Assembly: GCA_030265395.1 (NCBI GenBank)
Contig: JARFYF010000046.1
Coordinates: forward strand, 13,189,777 to 13,253,776
Length of the DNA: 64,000 nucleotides
Direction: 5' to 3'
Source of the DNA: Rhina ancylostomus
Taxonomy: Eukaryota
Each line of letters starts with the position of its first letter. Within the stretch, counting starts at the first letter, position 1. The notes below the pieces were generated by a model that worked only from the letters and a program-made list of their open reading frames with translations, had not been told where the DNA came from and ran no database searches. This document shows, piece by piece, positions 38,286 through 51,335 of this stretch. Position numbers and translations under genes: made by a program.

Positions 38286-40924
38286 CTGGTAACCGTAATT
38301 TCTTTGATTTTCTGAAACTGAATTTGTCAGTTTCAGCTTGACGTTGCCTGATGATAGCTGTAAAGTCTGACAGATGTCATCATTTAGCCCAGCAGCTTCC
38401 AAATCTGTGTTGTAAAAAGGACATAACACAATGCAAGTAATGCTCTTCCAGTTGCCATGAATCAATGGATGTTGCATTGATGATGGAGGTAGGATTGAGG
38501 TGGGAGAGAACTCTCTCAATTGGTCACAGGGACCTGGGCAAGCTGACAAATGAGGGCAAGGGGACTACAGAGACCCTCCAAGTCTTCAACTGGAGCTCCT
38601 GGCAGAAGGTGCATGTTGTCTTTGAATGTCCACATTGCACAGACTGCTATGCAGGCAAACACCATTGCCCTCTTCGTCTATTCCTGTTGGCTGAAAGGAA
38701 AGCAGTTGAAGTCTCCTGTTTCTCATTATAGAGTCTGGGTGAGCACCCTGAAGTATCAGTAGATAGCAGACTGACACAGAGCTCAGCAGCAGCAGCAGCC
38801 TGGAATAATCCCAAGTGTAGGAAGCTGATATTGATCAATACCTTGATCTTCAGGAGCAGTCAAGGCATGTGCATTAGGTTGTATTTGTCGTAGAAAGCCA
38901 CATAAGGTCAAAGAGTGCAGCTTGAGTGTTGGTTCTTTAAATAGCACAGTTCCAAGAGAAGTGGGATTAATAAAAGTTAGTGAAACTTGCTTGTTCTGTG
39001 AGTAAGTATTGTTGTTTAAATCAGTGCGGTTGAAGATGTCATTGCAGAAGAATGTTGTGTATTGAATACTATTGATGTTTCTTGGGGGACTTTCATGATG
39101 AGTAAAATTGTTTGGGGGAATAAAAATCCCACCAAAATATCAGATAAATTTCCCAACAGTCCCCAAGATACCCAGAAATATGTCAAAATTGCTCCACCCA
39201 GGGTTAAACCCATTTTCAATTGCTCCATGCTGTTTTGTTTACAGAGTAAATGAACACGATTCTAGTTCAATGATTTGTTTGAAAGCTAACAGGACAGAAG
39301 CTGATAATTGTTTCAACCTCTGTTGAAATTAACAACATTTAATCTATCCCTAGACTATCCTCCGGTTGAGTCCAGTCAGGTAAAATGAGTCCCAGTAATT
39401 GTCAGCTTGTGTCCTAAATAATATCTGGAGGTGCATCCTGACTTACTGCCTCCTGTTTCTACTGTTGACAGCTGATGGAAAGAAGTCTTTGACTGTTAGG
39501 AAAGGAATAATCCAGATATTTGATGTTCAAAACTTTGTACTGTGGAATGAAGCTCACAGCCACCATTCCTGACATGTTAGGCTTTTAAACGTGGTCATAT
39601 CAAAAGGAGAATGTTGCATTTGGTGGGTGTTTCTTGCAGATGGGGGAGACGCATTGAAAGTGAGGTCATATCAAGCTACTGTCTTCACTAACAAAAGTGC
39701 TGGTTGCAAATGTAGCTGATGAGGAGCCTGAGAACTAGCCTGACCTACAAATGACATATCAATATAACTACGAGCTGGAGCCAATGACTAGAAAGAAGAA
39801 AGCTTACATTCATAATGGGGTTAAATTATTCAGTGACTATATCTTTTCGTTGATGGAAGGAAACAGAAAGACAGCAAATCATACTGTATTATAGCAATAA
39901 ATACCTGGAAATTAGATTGTACAATGGCATGCTTTTGTGTGCTATGTGACACAATTTCTCTGAGAAATGAATCAGAGGACCTAAAGTGTGATTCATAAAG
40001 GCTGTGATTTTCATCCTGAGATACACTGTGCCTTTGCCACAGAATGCATGAAGGACTCAGGATATGCACACTAGCAACTAATGATGTGCAACACAAATCT
40101 AGATGCCACTTTTGGGATTTTCATTTATGTTGTTGCGGTTGNNNNNNNNNNNNNNNNNNNNNNNNNNNNNNNNNNNNNNNNNNNNNNNNNNNNNNNNNNN
40201 NNNNNNNNNNNNNNNNNNNNNNNNNNNNNNNNNNNNNNNNNNNNNNNNNNNNNNNNNNNNNNNNNNNNNNNNTTTATTGCGCCAGCTCTCCATCAGAGTG
40301 CTGGTCCCCATCCAAACACACCAACATCCCCAAGCTTGCAACACTCACCCAACTGGACCTGTGTAATAGACTGATCTCCTGAACCCTCTGACTTGGCTTC
40401 CCCTCACGCCCATTACCACTGGCAGCCAACACTCATCCTGCCAAGCTCTTCCAATACATGACTCATTCTCCACTTCCCCACTGCTGGGCCTCTCTGAACC
40501 ACAATCCATTCAGGAGCCAGCTGTGGCCCTGGATCGGCCTACGTCCTTTGCGCCCTACACTGATGCAGTCTGTGAAGGAATGACTTCATCAAAGGTAATT
40601 CAGTAACACTTGAGGCCCCAAATAATATCAAATGCTACTCAATTTCCAAATAATAGCTCCACAAGCAAAATGGATGTTGGTGTAACACCTCACTACCCCT
40701 TAGAGTCAGAGAATTGTATGGCACAGAAATAGCCCCTTTGTTCCATCATATCCATGCTCACCTTTTTGCCCTCTGCTGCTCTGGAGGCACTGAGGAAATT
40801 CTGGCCCAAAATCTATATAGAAATTATTAAATTCTACTCCCCATGTCTCCTACTCAAACTTTCAATTACTTGCTCCTCATGGAGGGTTTGAAATTCCTCC
40901 GGACATAATCTCTATTCTCTTGCA

Positions 40925-41203
40925 TACAGGTAATGCTCGTATTTGGGGTGGGGATTGTGTTCCTAGAAAACGGTCCATATCACGATTTTTCCTTAACGTA
41001 AAGCTGCACCAACTGCACTCGTGTCAAGAAATCCAAGTTGGAAAAAATATGAATTTTGTGTTAGTTATTTACTTTTTTTCACATAAATGTCATAAGGGAA
41101 AATTTTTATTCCATACCTCAGAATTTTTGGTAGTGATTTGTGAATTCCGTAAGGGCAAATTTCCATTGCCCGAACTGCTGTAACGTATTATGTTTGACAC
41201 TGT
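40925..41203. mobile_element. Possible old Tc1/mariner-Tigger-like non-autonomous DNA transposon
   Basis: Starts TA+CAGGTAATGCTCGTA, is CpG-retaining and ends ...cgtattatgtttgacactgt. Terminal inverted repeat match is weak. Confidence 0.2.
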
Positions 41204-43099
41204 CCTCCGCTGCTGAAGGACTCTAATCTTCTTCTCTTCATTTACTTGGAATAGTAGTTATAACTTTAGTTGAAGGTTATTTCTAATGTGTTAGTTTACT
41301 AGTTTAAAGCTCTTGAGGAAAGGGAATGTATCTCTGCAAGGTCACAATCACATTTGTAAAGAGGTTGGAGTGACTCAATGCAATCTGCAGCTCAATCAGT
41401 TTTGCCACAGTCCCGTTCTGCAGAGCTCCTTATTACACTACTGTGCATCAAGTTAATTGCAGCCCAGTTCAGATCTTATGTGGTGTCCATGTTTCTTACC
41501 AAAGGTTAAAAACAGGAGGCTNNNNNNNNNNNNNNNNNNNNNNNNNNNNNNNNNNNNNNNNNNNNNNNNNNNNNNNNNNNNNNNNNNNNNNNNNNNNNNN
41601 NNNNNNNNNNNNNNNNNNNNNNNNNNNNNNNNNNNNNNNNNNNNNNNNNNNNNNNNNNNNNNNNNNNNNNNNNNNNNNNNNNNNNNNNNNNNNNNNNNNN
41701 NNNNNNNNNNNNNNNNTCCACCCATGTGGGGAATGATATGCTACATCTCAGTTGACGTGCTGTCCTCCACGGATGTGCCTTGTACTGCCTGATTGGGAAC
41801 TTATGAATTGGCCCTCTCTGGACCTCCAACCTCATGTCCCCAAGGTGTAGATGGTTGTTCGGCATCACACATGGCAAGATGAAAACCCTCAGGAAACAGA
41901 GCCTTGAACTAGGGATCTTGCTCCCAAAGAAATTAAGTGTTGGAGGGGAAGGCCTAGTTTGCTGAATTTTCCATCCCAAGGCATATTTCAGAGAACAATG
42001 TCACAGATGCATTGGGTGCAGCTTGGTGATTTCAGGTGGAACATATGCAGCAGATGTCCTTTCTGCTTTCCCCATGCAAGTGAAAAGTATTACCACACCT
42101 TTATACAGTATCCGATACTTTACTTTGCAACCTACTTAAAATTGTGGTGAACATGCAGTCTAAAGCAGGCAATTCAGCACAATTGGAGTTTGGCAGATGC
42201 TTTTCTTGTTCAGGCTCCTCCCATTCCTTTTCACTGAACCTTAGCAGCATTCTATTCTATTTCATTTTCCAAACATACCTCAGCTTCCTCTGAAATGCTA
42301 TACACCTCAACAACTCCTTGCGTTACCAGATTCAATTTTCTACGCACTCTGAATTCATAACTTGCTTTATTGGATCCTGCCTTGCATGTATGGCCCACAG
42401 GACACCACAAGAATCAAAAAGATCTTCCTTACATCCACTCTTTAAAACCATTTCATAATATTTAATGTCTCTATTGTCTCCCCTTTATCTCATAATTCGA
42501 TTATGTAACCTGTGAAGTGGAAGAGGCCCAACACTGGAATTTTAACCGATTACAACCTGTCTTCATTCAAAATACCTTATTCAATAGTCAGAATTAAACC
42601 AATGAATCCAATTCACTAACAATATTTATTTATTTTTATTCAATGTGTCTTAATTTCAGCTTATGATAGCAGGGCTCAGCTTTATTTGCACATTGGTGTG
42701 TTCCCTAGTTACAAAGATTCAAATTACCTGCTGGTCAATGTGCTGAGCTGCCTGTGCACTGACATGCTACACTGCAGCATCAAGTTATAGGGCTTTCAGT
42801 TTTTGGATAATACACAACTGATTTAGTGCAATTAGTCAGTGGAATATGTGTCAGTTTAACGATACCCTATATCGCTTTTTCAGTCTCTTTCATTGACAGT
42901 ATTGCACATGGTTGAAGGATTTTCTACTTTGATAGTTGCTTTCAGCTCGTCAACCAGCAATTCATAATAGCAAGTTGCCAATACATTTATGGATGCCCTG
43001 AGTTACAATTCAGGCTCTCTCCCAACATTTCTTTGCTCGCAGTCGCAACAAATGACTAGGTTCTGTAATCAGCCTCACTTCTCCTCTGAAACTTGCTTC

Positions 43100-43295
43100 A
43101 TACAATCATTACAGAACAAAAGGCCATTCAGCCCACTGAGCTCTTGCCAGCTCTTTGCCAGTTTAAATCCCTGGCTTTTTCTCTGCAGCTCTGCGTCTTT
43201 TTTCCAGTACTTATCCATTTCTATTTTGAAAACTGTGATCGTATCTGCTTCCATCAGCATTCCAGGGATGTGTGTGAAAACTTTGTGCCATAAAA
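43100..43295 (-). mobile_element. CR1 LINE 3' tail
   Basis: Minus strand reads MEADTITVFKIEMDKYW, followed by the ctgaatggcct tail motif. Confidence 0.8.
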
Positions 43296-43329
43296 ATGTG
43301 AAATAATGATCATTTCCAATGTGAAACCC

Positions 43330-43560
43330 AAACAACCTCCCCCAGATATACCGCTCTCATCACCCATTGACCAGAAATACAACTGGACTAGCCATGTGAA
43401 TACCACAGCTGTAAGGTCACGTCAGTGGTAACTGATGCAACAAATGACATCCCAAAACCTTTCCACCATTTTTACAGGACACAAGTCAGGAGTGTGATGG
43501 AATACTCTCTGCAGTTTGGGCAGGAGATGCCACTTCAGCACATTCAAGGCATGTACAGTA
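43330..43560 (+). mobile_element. Fragment of the second LINE family
   Basis: cattgaccagaaatacaactggactagccatgtgaatac (IDQKYNWTSHVN)...caagtcaggagtgtgatggaatactct (QVRSVMEYS). Confidence 0.75.
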
Positions 43561-43599
43561 TCAATGTCAAATTTGGCAACTTCATGTAACTCACTTCTT

Positions 43600-44350
43600 C
43601 TGTTGTAAGTCTATCCACCTGTAATGTTAACTCTTCACAGATATTGCCTCATCTGCTAGGTACGTCAAGCATTCTCCTTTAGGCACTTGTGTGGTGTTAA
43701 TGTTCTGATAACCTCATCTTCTGATGGGGTACATTACAACCTTCTGGATCCAACATTAAGCTCAACAATTTCAGATAGTGAGGATGTCGAACCTTCATAA
43801 CTCACATTTCCATCACTTTTCACATGGTTCTCTTTTTCCTGGTAATTTCAAAATTTTTTTTTGCTACTCCTATTCCCACCTTCTCCAGACTTGTCTTTGT
43901 TATTGACTTAGCTCCATCAATCTTTTTGCCATTCAGCCTTTCCCACAACAAACTTCTTTTTGTTCCCTCTTTCCCTTCCTCTTTCCTCTCTACCACAAAA
44001 CTTTCTTTTTCTCTATTCCCAAATCTGATGAAAATTCACGTAATTAAAAAAAATGCTGGAAACACTCAACAGGTCAGGCAATATCTGTGGAAAGAGGAGC
44101 AGAGTTAACATTTCAAGCTGAAGACTCTTTGTCAGATGACCTGAAATGTTAACTCTGTTTTTCTGCAGAGGTTGCCTGACCTACTGAGTGTTTCCAGCAT
44201 TATCTATTTTTGTATCAGATTTTCAGCATCTTTTTTTTGGTTTTGGGTTTCATCTGACAGAAGCATTAACTTTGTTTCCCTTTCCACTGATGCTGTTTAA
44301 CCCACTGATTAATTTCAGCAATTTCTATTTCATTTCAGGTTTCCAGCAGC
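43600..44350 (+). mobile_element. Penelope-like retroelement 3' end with tandem and inverted terminal repeats
   Basis: ctcatcttctgatggggtacattacaaccttctggatccaacattaagctcaacaatttcagatag reads LIF*WGTLQPSGSNIKLNNFR*, resembling the GIY-YIG C-terminal 'L.TL.P.G.N' motif of Penelope-like elements. It is followed by a pyrimidine tract and repeated termini, including the palindrome at 44045-44225. Confidence 0.7.
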
Positions 44351-46379
44351 TGGAGTGTATTGTATTGAGAGAAATGTTCTACACTGGAGGATTGCACTTT
44401 CAGTGTTAGTATGGCCTTGGGCCTTCCCCACTGTCACGGGAAGCTCAACAAACGCACTAATATCAAAACCACCTTGTTACCCCAATAACTTAACTTGTAC
44501 AGGACCACGGTGAAATGCCGTTCCCGGCAGCAATTCTATCCTTCCCTGTGGAGGCAGGAAACTGTATCTCCTCNNNNNNNNNNNNNNNNNNNNNNNNNNN
44601 NNNNNNNNNNNNNNNNNNNNNNNNNNNNNNNNNNNNNNNNNNNNNNNNNNNNNNNNNNNNNNNNNNNNNNNNNCTCATAAAGTGGTATCCCCCGCTCTAA
44701 GTGTGAGCATGTCGCCTCAGTTAGTATCATAGCAAGGACAAAGCGCTCACTGATTTCAATAGTCTTAATATCACCAGAATTCTTGCAAGAAACAAAGCTC
44801 ACTAGCAAGTGGTGTTTATGGAAAGTGGAAGAGTTCTGTTCAGGACAATCTTCATATCTTCCACAATGAGGAAAAGGGCAGTGCTTTTTTATATTAAAAA
44901 TGACTAACAACTTTTCAGAGGCTTTAGTCAGTCATGGGAATACAGACCAGAGAAACTTGCATTGAGATTGGAAATCCCAGTTCACAGAGTTCATGTTCTC
45001 CAGCATTCCCAAAGAAAACTGGAACTTTTATAAGGGGATGAGAGAAGTGCTCAGTGTTCTTGGAACGTGCTACTGCTAAGCAAGTCTCCTCACCAACCAT
45101 TAGGCCTTGAAAAAGCTTTTTGTTCGTGGGGTATCTGTTCATCTTAATATGACTTACAAATCAAAAGAAAAATTCAAATTCCATCTTCTATTTGGGTCTA
45201 CCATCCTCTACCATGCATAATGTTTCTATCTAAAATTGTGATTGTCACTGAAATACATGTCACTTACAGCCTTTGGAATGAGTTCCTCAGGTTTATTCAT
45301 TTATATGCAGCAAATAATAGGCACTCAGCAGTGATTTCAAGGCAATAATCTCGTCAGCGGTTGAGCTGATAATCATAAACCACAAGAACAAAGGTCAAGT
45401 AGTTTATATGCATCATCAGGACAGCAAGATAAGATTATTACCTTGTGATCAATCCCATGCAGCTACTATTGTTTAATGCCATATGTAGTGGAGGTGTTCT
45501 ATTGTCTGACCTTTCTTTTTGTGTTGATACGTCAGTCTGGTACTGAGAAGTACTCCATTGTTGGAAGTGCCACCTTTCATAGAAGTATAGCATTAGAAGA
45601 CCACTTATTCTATGTCCTGCGGCTTCTCCTCCCCTGTGAGATGAAGGATTAACAGCTGAGAACTAGTTTGGGCAGCTGAAGGCAAATGTCAGTCAAGTCT
45701 GGCATTTGAACTGGCAACACCCTGGTATTGAAAGTGTGACACACTGCTGCCAAAGCTGGCTGTAACCCTTAGAAATCAGTAATTTGAATTATTGACTTCT
45801 TAGTTCATGGTTCATAAAATTAGAACAAGAATAGATGTGACTGATCAATGAAGACGCGTTCATCCTTCCTTCACATTTAATAACCTCATTTACAGTCTTA
45901 CAACAGACAAGTGCAGAACATGGCTCGCCTTTCATAACTTGCAATGTAATCTGTGTGTGTAATTGTCATTTGTCTTCTGTTTCCTGCTGGAAGCATATCA
46001 ACAGCAACCTCTCTTTGTTGCAAGATGGGGCCTTTTAACAGCAAGACTGTTCATCTGCTGCCTTGTAATTATTTATCGTTAACATTCCACAGACTTTTAA
46101 ACCAATTCAGAATTGAACTGTTTGTACTTTTACACCCATTGAGTGTGAATTTAATTTAATATAATTGGCAAAAGAGCTAGTGGAGAATTTTATTTTGTGG
46201 AGCGAACTATTAGATCAGGACTTCATGGTCTAAAAGGGTGGTGGAAGGAGATTCACCAGTCAGTTTTGAAAGTGAACTGGATGTATGGAAGAAAATTGCA
46301 GGGCTCTGGGGAATGAGCAGGGGAGTGGGAACATTTGGAGGATTCTTTTGAAATTAGCAAGGATTCAGAAAGCAGGATA

Positions 46380-47290
46380 CCTTTGCGAATGATAAGAAAA
46401 CTGATGGTGTGGATAGTGAGAAGGGTTGTCTAAGGCTGCAACAGAATATAATGGAAAGTTGGCCGGAAAATCCGCAGATGGAGTTCAATCCTGACGATGG
46501 AGAGGTAGTTCATTTTGGGAAGTCATACAGGGGTAGGGCATGTATAGTAAATGGTAGAGCACCAAGGAATGTTAATGAACGAAGGGATTGTGGGTTCAAA
46601 TCTATAGTTCCCTGAAAGTGACAACACAGGCCAGTGTGGTGGTGTGGAAGGTCTGTGGCATGCTTGCCTTCATAGCTTGGGGCAATGAATATAGGAACTG
46701 GGATGTTATTTTGCAACTTTACAAAACACTGATGAGGTCACATCCGGATTATTGTGTGCTGTTCTGGTTGCCACACTGTAGGAAGCATGGGATTGTGCTG
46801 GAGAGAGTGCAGAGGAGATTCACCAGGACATTGCCTGGATTGGAGGACTTTAGATGTGGGGAGAGATTGGATCAGCTTGTTTTCTCTGGAGTGAAGGAGG
46901 CAGTGAGATGACCTGATAGCAGTGTGTAAGATTATGGAAGGTATAGATAAGGTAGATAGTCAAAATCTTTTCCCCATGGTAGGGGTATCAAGGATAAGAG
47001 GGCATAAGAGTAAGGTGAAAGAAAGGAGTTTTAAAGAAGATCTTCTGGGTAAGTTCTTTTACACAGAGAGTGGTTGAAATCTGGCATGTGCTGCCAGAGG
47101 AGGTGGTGGAATCAAACACAATTACATTGTTAAAGAGGCATTTAGACAGACACTTAAACAGGCAAGATATAGAAGGATATGGTCCTAATGTGGGCAAATG
47201 GGATTAGCGTAGATGGGTAAAAAAGTTGTCATGGATGTGGTGGGCCCAAGGTCCTGTTTCTGTGCTGCACAGCTCTATGAATCTATGAAA
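46380..47290 (+). mobile_element. CR1 LINE, 5'-truncated, well preserved (an older CR1 tail precedes it at about 46170-46360)
   Basis: FANDKK..., QMEFNPD..EVVHFGK, LQLYKTLMRSHPDYCVLFWLPH.RK...LERVQRRFTR, FFTQRVV..W, then the tgtttctgtgctg...ctctatga tail. Confidence 0.95.
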
Positions 47291-47342
47291 GGTACAGATG
47301 GCACCAGCCAATCAACTTCCATCTGTGCTGGATGGCTCAATT

Positions 47343-47505
47343 TACAGAGTTACGGAGTGATATAGCATTGAAACAGGCCCTTTAGTCCCCTGAGCCAACA
47401 CCAATCATCAAACACCCATGTACACTAATCCTACTTCAATCCCATTTTATTCTTCCCGTATTTCCCCCAGATTCCGCCACTTACCTCCACATTCAGGGCA
47501 ACATA
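47343..47505 (-). mobile_element. HE1-like SINE 3' part (CR1-derived tail)
   Basis: gaaacaggccctttagtccc...tacactaatcctac..aatcccattttattct...cacctcc/cagggcaa. Confidence 0.55.
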
Positions 47506-48749
47506 GTGACTTACTCCAAGATAACACAGTATTACTCATTTGAATGATCAAGTATCCATTCTGTGCCAAGGATTTTAGGGGACTAGAACCCTTATCTAAC
47601 CACACTAACCGAAAAATTATCTCACAATGTAATTGTTTTAAGCACTGTACAATTTACTTTCATCAAAGCCCTGAATGCATGTGCAGGTTGTATTCTGTCA
47701 TGTATGATGCTTTGGACCTTGTGTGTGGTACAATATCAGATCACTGGGGCTTTACTTTTCAATGCACTTCTTCATGTATGGAAGAACTTCTAATCCATTA
47801 CATCATGACCTTTTTCTCCAGCAAAACAATGTTAAAAGGCTCTGTTTGTATTATTTCCATGAATGCCACTCATAAATCTATTGCTGCAAGTGACACTAAC
47901 TATTTACCATGGTGGAGCTACTCTGAGGAAATTTATTACCTTAATCAAACTGGATTGGTGCCAAATCAGAAGAACTTACAATTGGATCAGACATATTTTA
48001 CTGGAGCTAACTTTTTCCATATTTTTATTCAAATATTTTGTCCCAGTTTCAATTCATCGGGAATTAATAAAGAAGAAAAAAAATAATCAAATGTACTAAA
48101 AATCTAAAATTAATATAGAAGTGGAGAACAGGTCACTGATGATCTGAAAGAGAGGTTAATGATATGGATAGAATTTTGAAATTATTGAAATTCAGGAAGA
48201 AAGATACCAGAATGTCTATACACCTCAAAGTACACGNNNNNNNNNNNNNNNNNNNNNNNNNNNNNNNNNNNNNNNNNNNNNNNNNNNNNNNNNNNNNNNN
48301 NNNNNNNNNNNNNNNNNNNNNNNNNNNNNNNNNNNNCAAAGTACACGAGGTTACCAGTTATGTAATTAAACATCAATGTCCATCACTGAAATCTGAAGGA
48401 CAAGATTGAGCTAGATGGCACCAGTTTCTGCAAGTTATTAGTGCCTGTAAAGCAGCAAAATGGCATCCATGATATCCATGTGATTTGTGGGTGAATTATA
48501 GCAGACACCACACCGTTTGATATCCACCAGAGAACTGCAAATGAGATAGATTATGATGTCAATCAGCTTGTCTTTATGAAGCTCAGCTAACACCCTCTCT
48601 CTTCCTCACACAATTGAGCATGCCTTCAGCAGCAGGAAGCTACTTAAAGACGTTATCCATTATCTACAGGTTAGTTGCTGATTGAATTCCTTGGGCTATT
48701 GATGGGGCTCTATAAGCATTTGATACTTCCAAAAGAATCAAAAAAGTGA

Positions 48750-49150
48750 TGGAATTGTTAGAGCACAAAAAGAGGCCATTTGACTGACTGAGTCTGAAAC
48801 TTTACCAGTTAGTTTCATTACTCAGCTCTTCCTAGAAGCACTGCAACATTTTTCCTTCAAGCTTATCCAGTTCCTTTTTCGAAGCTACGATTGAACCTTC
48901 TTTCACTATTCTATCAGAAAGTGAATTCCAAATCACAAATAGTCACTGAACATTGCTTTTCCTTTAGACACTTTAGTTTAATTACTTCAAATCTGTGGCC
49001 TTTGGTACTTGTGGGAACAGTGACTCTTATTCACCTTGTCTAAGGTCTTTCCAATGTGACCACTTCAGTCAAATCCCTGCTGAACCTTTTCTTGCTCCAG
49101 GAAAAGCACTCCTATCTCCTCCAGTCTATCCACCTAACTGAAGTCCTGAT
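48750..49150 (-). mobile_element. Old CR1 LINE 3' end
   Basis: aggccatt...ttatccagttcctttttcgaag...gaattccaaatc...aaatccctgctgaacctt...ctccagtctatccacctaactgaagtcc. Confidence 0.65.
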
Positions 49151-50559
49151 CTTCGTTGCCTTCAATGTATCAACACCATCGGCCTAACCCAGTGTCTGGC
49201 CGATGATGTTGATACATTGAAGCACAAAGAACCTTACAGGACCATCCTGGCCTTTGTCATTTGCAAACCATGCAGGCACATCAGGAACTTGCATAGGCAT
49301 GTTGTATACCAAATGAATTTATAGAAATGCACAACAGTTCGCAAAGTAACTGATCTTTTTTGGTGAGTCAATTTTAGGTAAAATTCATATTCAGCCCACT
49401 TAAAGAAATTCTTTGAGAAAATTTCTAGCCCTGCGGTGAGCACCACATCAAATCTGGCCTTTACATGAACCACCTGGACTGCTCCAAAGAAGCTCTGTAG
49501 TACTTAGCAGAGTGAGGATTAAGATTTACAGTGGTCTTGCTCATGAATCATCAGGAAGGGACTTTCCTTACCATCAGTTTTACTGTGAGTAGCTTGGGAG
49601 CATGAAAAGAGGAAGGAGGCATATACATTAGGAACATTTTCAGAGGCTCTTAGACAGACACATGAATGATAGAAGAATATGGGGCTATGTGGGAGGGAAG
49701 GGTTTTTATTAGAGCAGGATAAAATGTTGGCACATCATTGTGGGCCGAAGGGCCTGTACTGCGCTGTAGTGTTCGATGTTAGGCAGCCTGGACTCTAATT
49801 CTGCTCAGGCTGTCAGAAAACAAATCAACCAAAAATAATACCAGTAATAGCAGTGCCCTTTCCCACACTTTAACTACCCTCTGCCATTGACCTATATAGT
49901 GTTATGCTTGGCCACAGAATAAACGTAAAAGCCACCATGAAATAAATAGTCCCAAAATCAAATTTAGTTGAGTAATCATTCTATTTTGCAACCAAAAGTC
50001 AACAAATCACCCCTGAGTATTCTTTTGTCTTCTGTGTGATCTTGCTCGCTGTAATGCTTCTACGCACGGCTCTCCCAGTAATTTCAGCGTGGCTTCTGGA
50101 AGGCTGCAGATGGTCCTGGAGGTTGACCACAAGCAGCTCTAAGTATCGAAGGCTTAGTTGTGGACTGCTTATTGAGCATCAGGCAACACCAAAAGCAGTA
50201 GAAGAGTGGCTGTAATTGGGATCCTGATTGTTGTCATGCTGAGAGAGTGCAGCAGGATTGCTTTCCACAGAGCCACTGACCCTTCTCCAGTTCAGGGCCC
50301 CAACAATCCAAATAATTTGTTGGCGGACAGCTTGCTGAACTGCTGCGACTGCATACGAGCTGCTTTGCTCTCTGCTGATGACAATCATAGCAGTAGCAGC
50401 TTGTTCTTGCATGGCAGCAGGCATACCTTGCACAACACCTGTCTGCGTTACTGCAGTTGTGTTTAGTGGCTATTGCATGGAAGCTATGAGATGGGCCATC
50501 ATTTGCTGTGTCATGGTTGGGCCTGTAAGTGTGTTAATGCAGTTGGCTGCACAATACAG

Positions 50560-51335
50560 TTGTTCACAAGGATGATCCCGCGAATGAAAAGCTTAACATA
50601 TGAGGAGCGTTTGATCTAGGCCTGAGTACTATGAGTGATATGAGTACTAGGCCTGTACTCCATGGTGTTCAGAGGATGAGGGGGGGATTTCATTGAAATC
50701 TTTCAAATGCTGAAAGGCCTAGATAGAGTTGACATGGAGACGGTGTTTCCATTAGTTGGAGAGCCCTACATCCGAGGGCACAGCCTCAGAATAAAGGAAC
50801 ATCCCTTTGGAACTGAGATGAGGAAGAATTTCTTCAGCCAGAAAGTGGTGAATCTGTGGAACTTGTTGCCACAGGTGGCTGTGGAGGCCAAATCACTGGG
50901 TGTATTTAAGGCAGAGATTGATAGGTTCTTGATTGGTAAAGGGGTTGAGGGTCACAGGGAGAAGGTGGGAAAATGGGAATGAGAAAATAAAATCAGCCAT
51001 GATCGAATGGCAGAGCAGACTCAATGGGCCGAATGGCCTATTTCTGCTCCTATATCTTATGGTCTAATACTAGAGGGCATGCATTTCAGGTCAGGGGGGT
51101 AAGTTCAAAGGAGATGTGCAGGACAAGTTTTTGACACAGAAAGTGGGGGCCTGGAATGCGCTGCCAGGGGTGATACTGGAGGCAAATATGATAGAGGCAT
51201 TTAAGAGGTTCTTAGATAGGCACATGACTAGATAATGGGTGGTTATGGACATTGTGTAGGCAGAAGAGATTGGTTTTGTTAGGTGTTTAATTAATTTGGC
51301 ACAACCTGTTCCAGCTGTACTGTTCTATGTCTCTA
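50560..51335 (+). mobile_element. Two abutting CR1 3' ends (50560-51065 and 51066-51335)
   Basis: MLKGLDRVDMETVFPLVGE..IRGHSLRIK..PF.TEMRKNFFSQKVVNLWNLLPQ plus tail, then a second tail of a different subfamily starting ctaatactagagggcat. Confidence 0.95.

Noticed and set aside
44750-45365. Several GTAAGT/GTGAGC donor-like sites on the minus strand (also near 17714, 18653, 19040 and 27225)
   Set aside because: Acceptors are weak or frames are interrupted. They can be chained in several mutually exclusive ways, so adding them would overfit the gene model.
46588-46911. RT-like ORFs here and at 50707-50982, 24880-25293, 56699-56956 and 6699-6950 as host genes
   Set aside because: They are fragments of truncated, stop-ridden CR1 ORF2.
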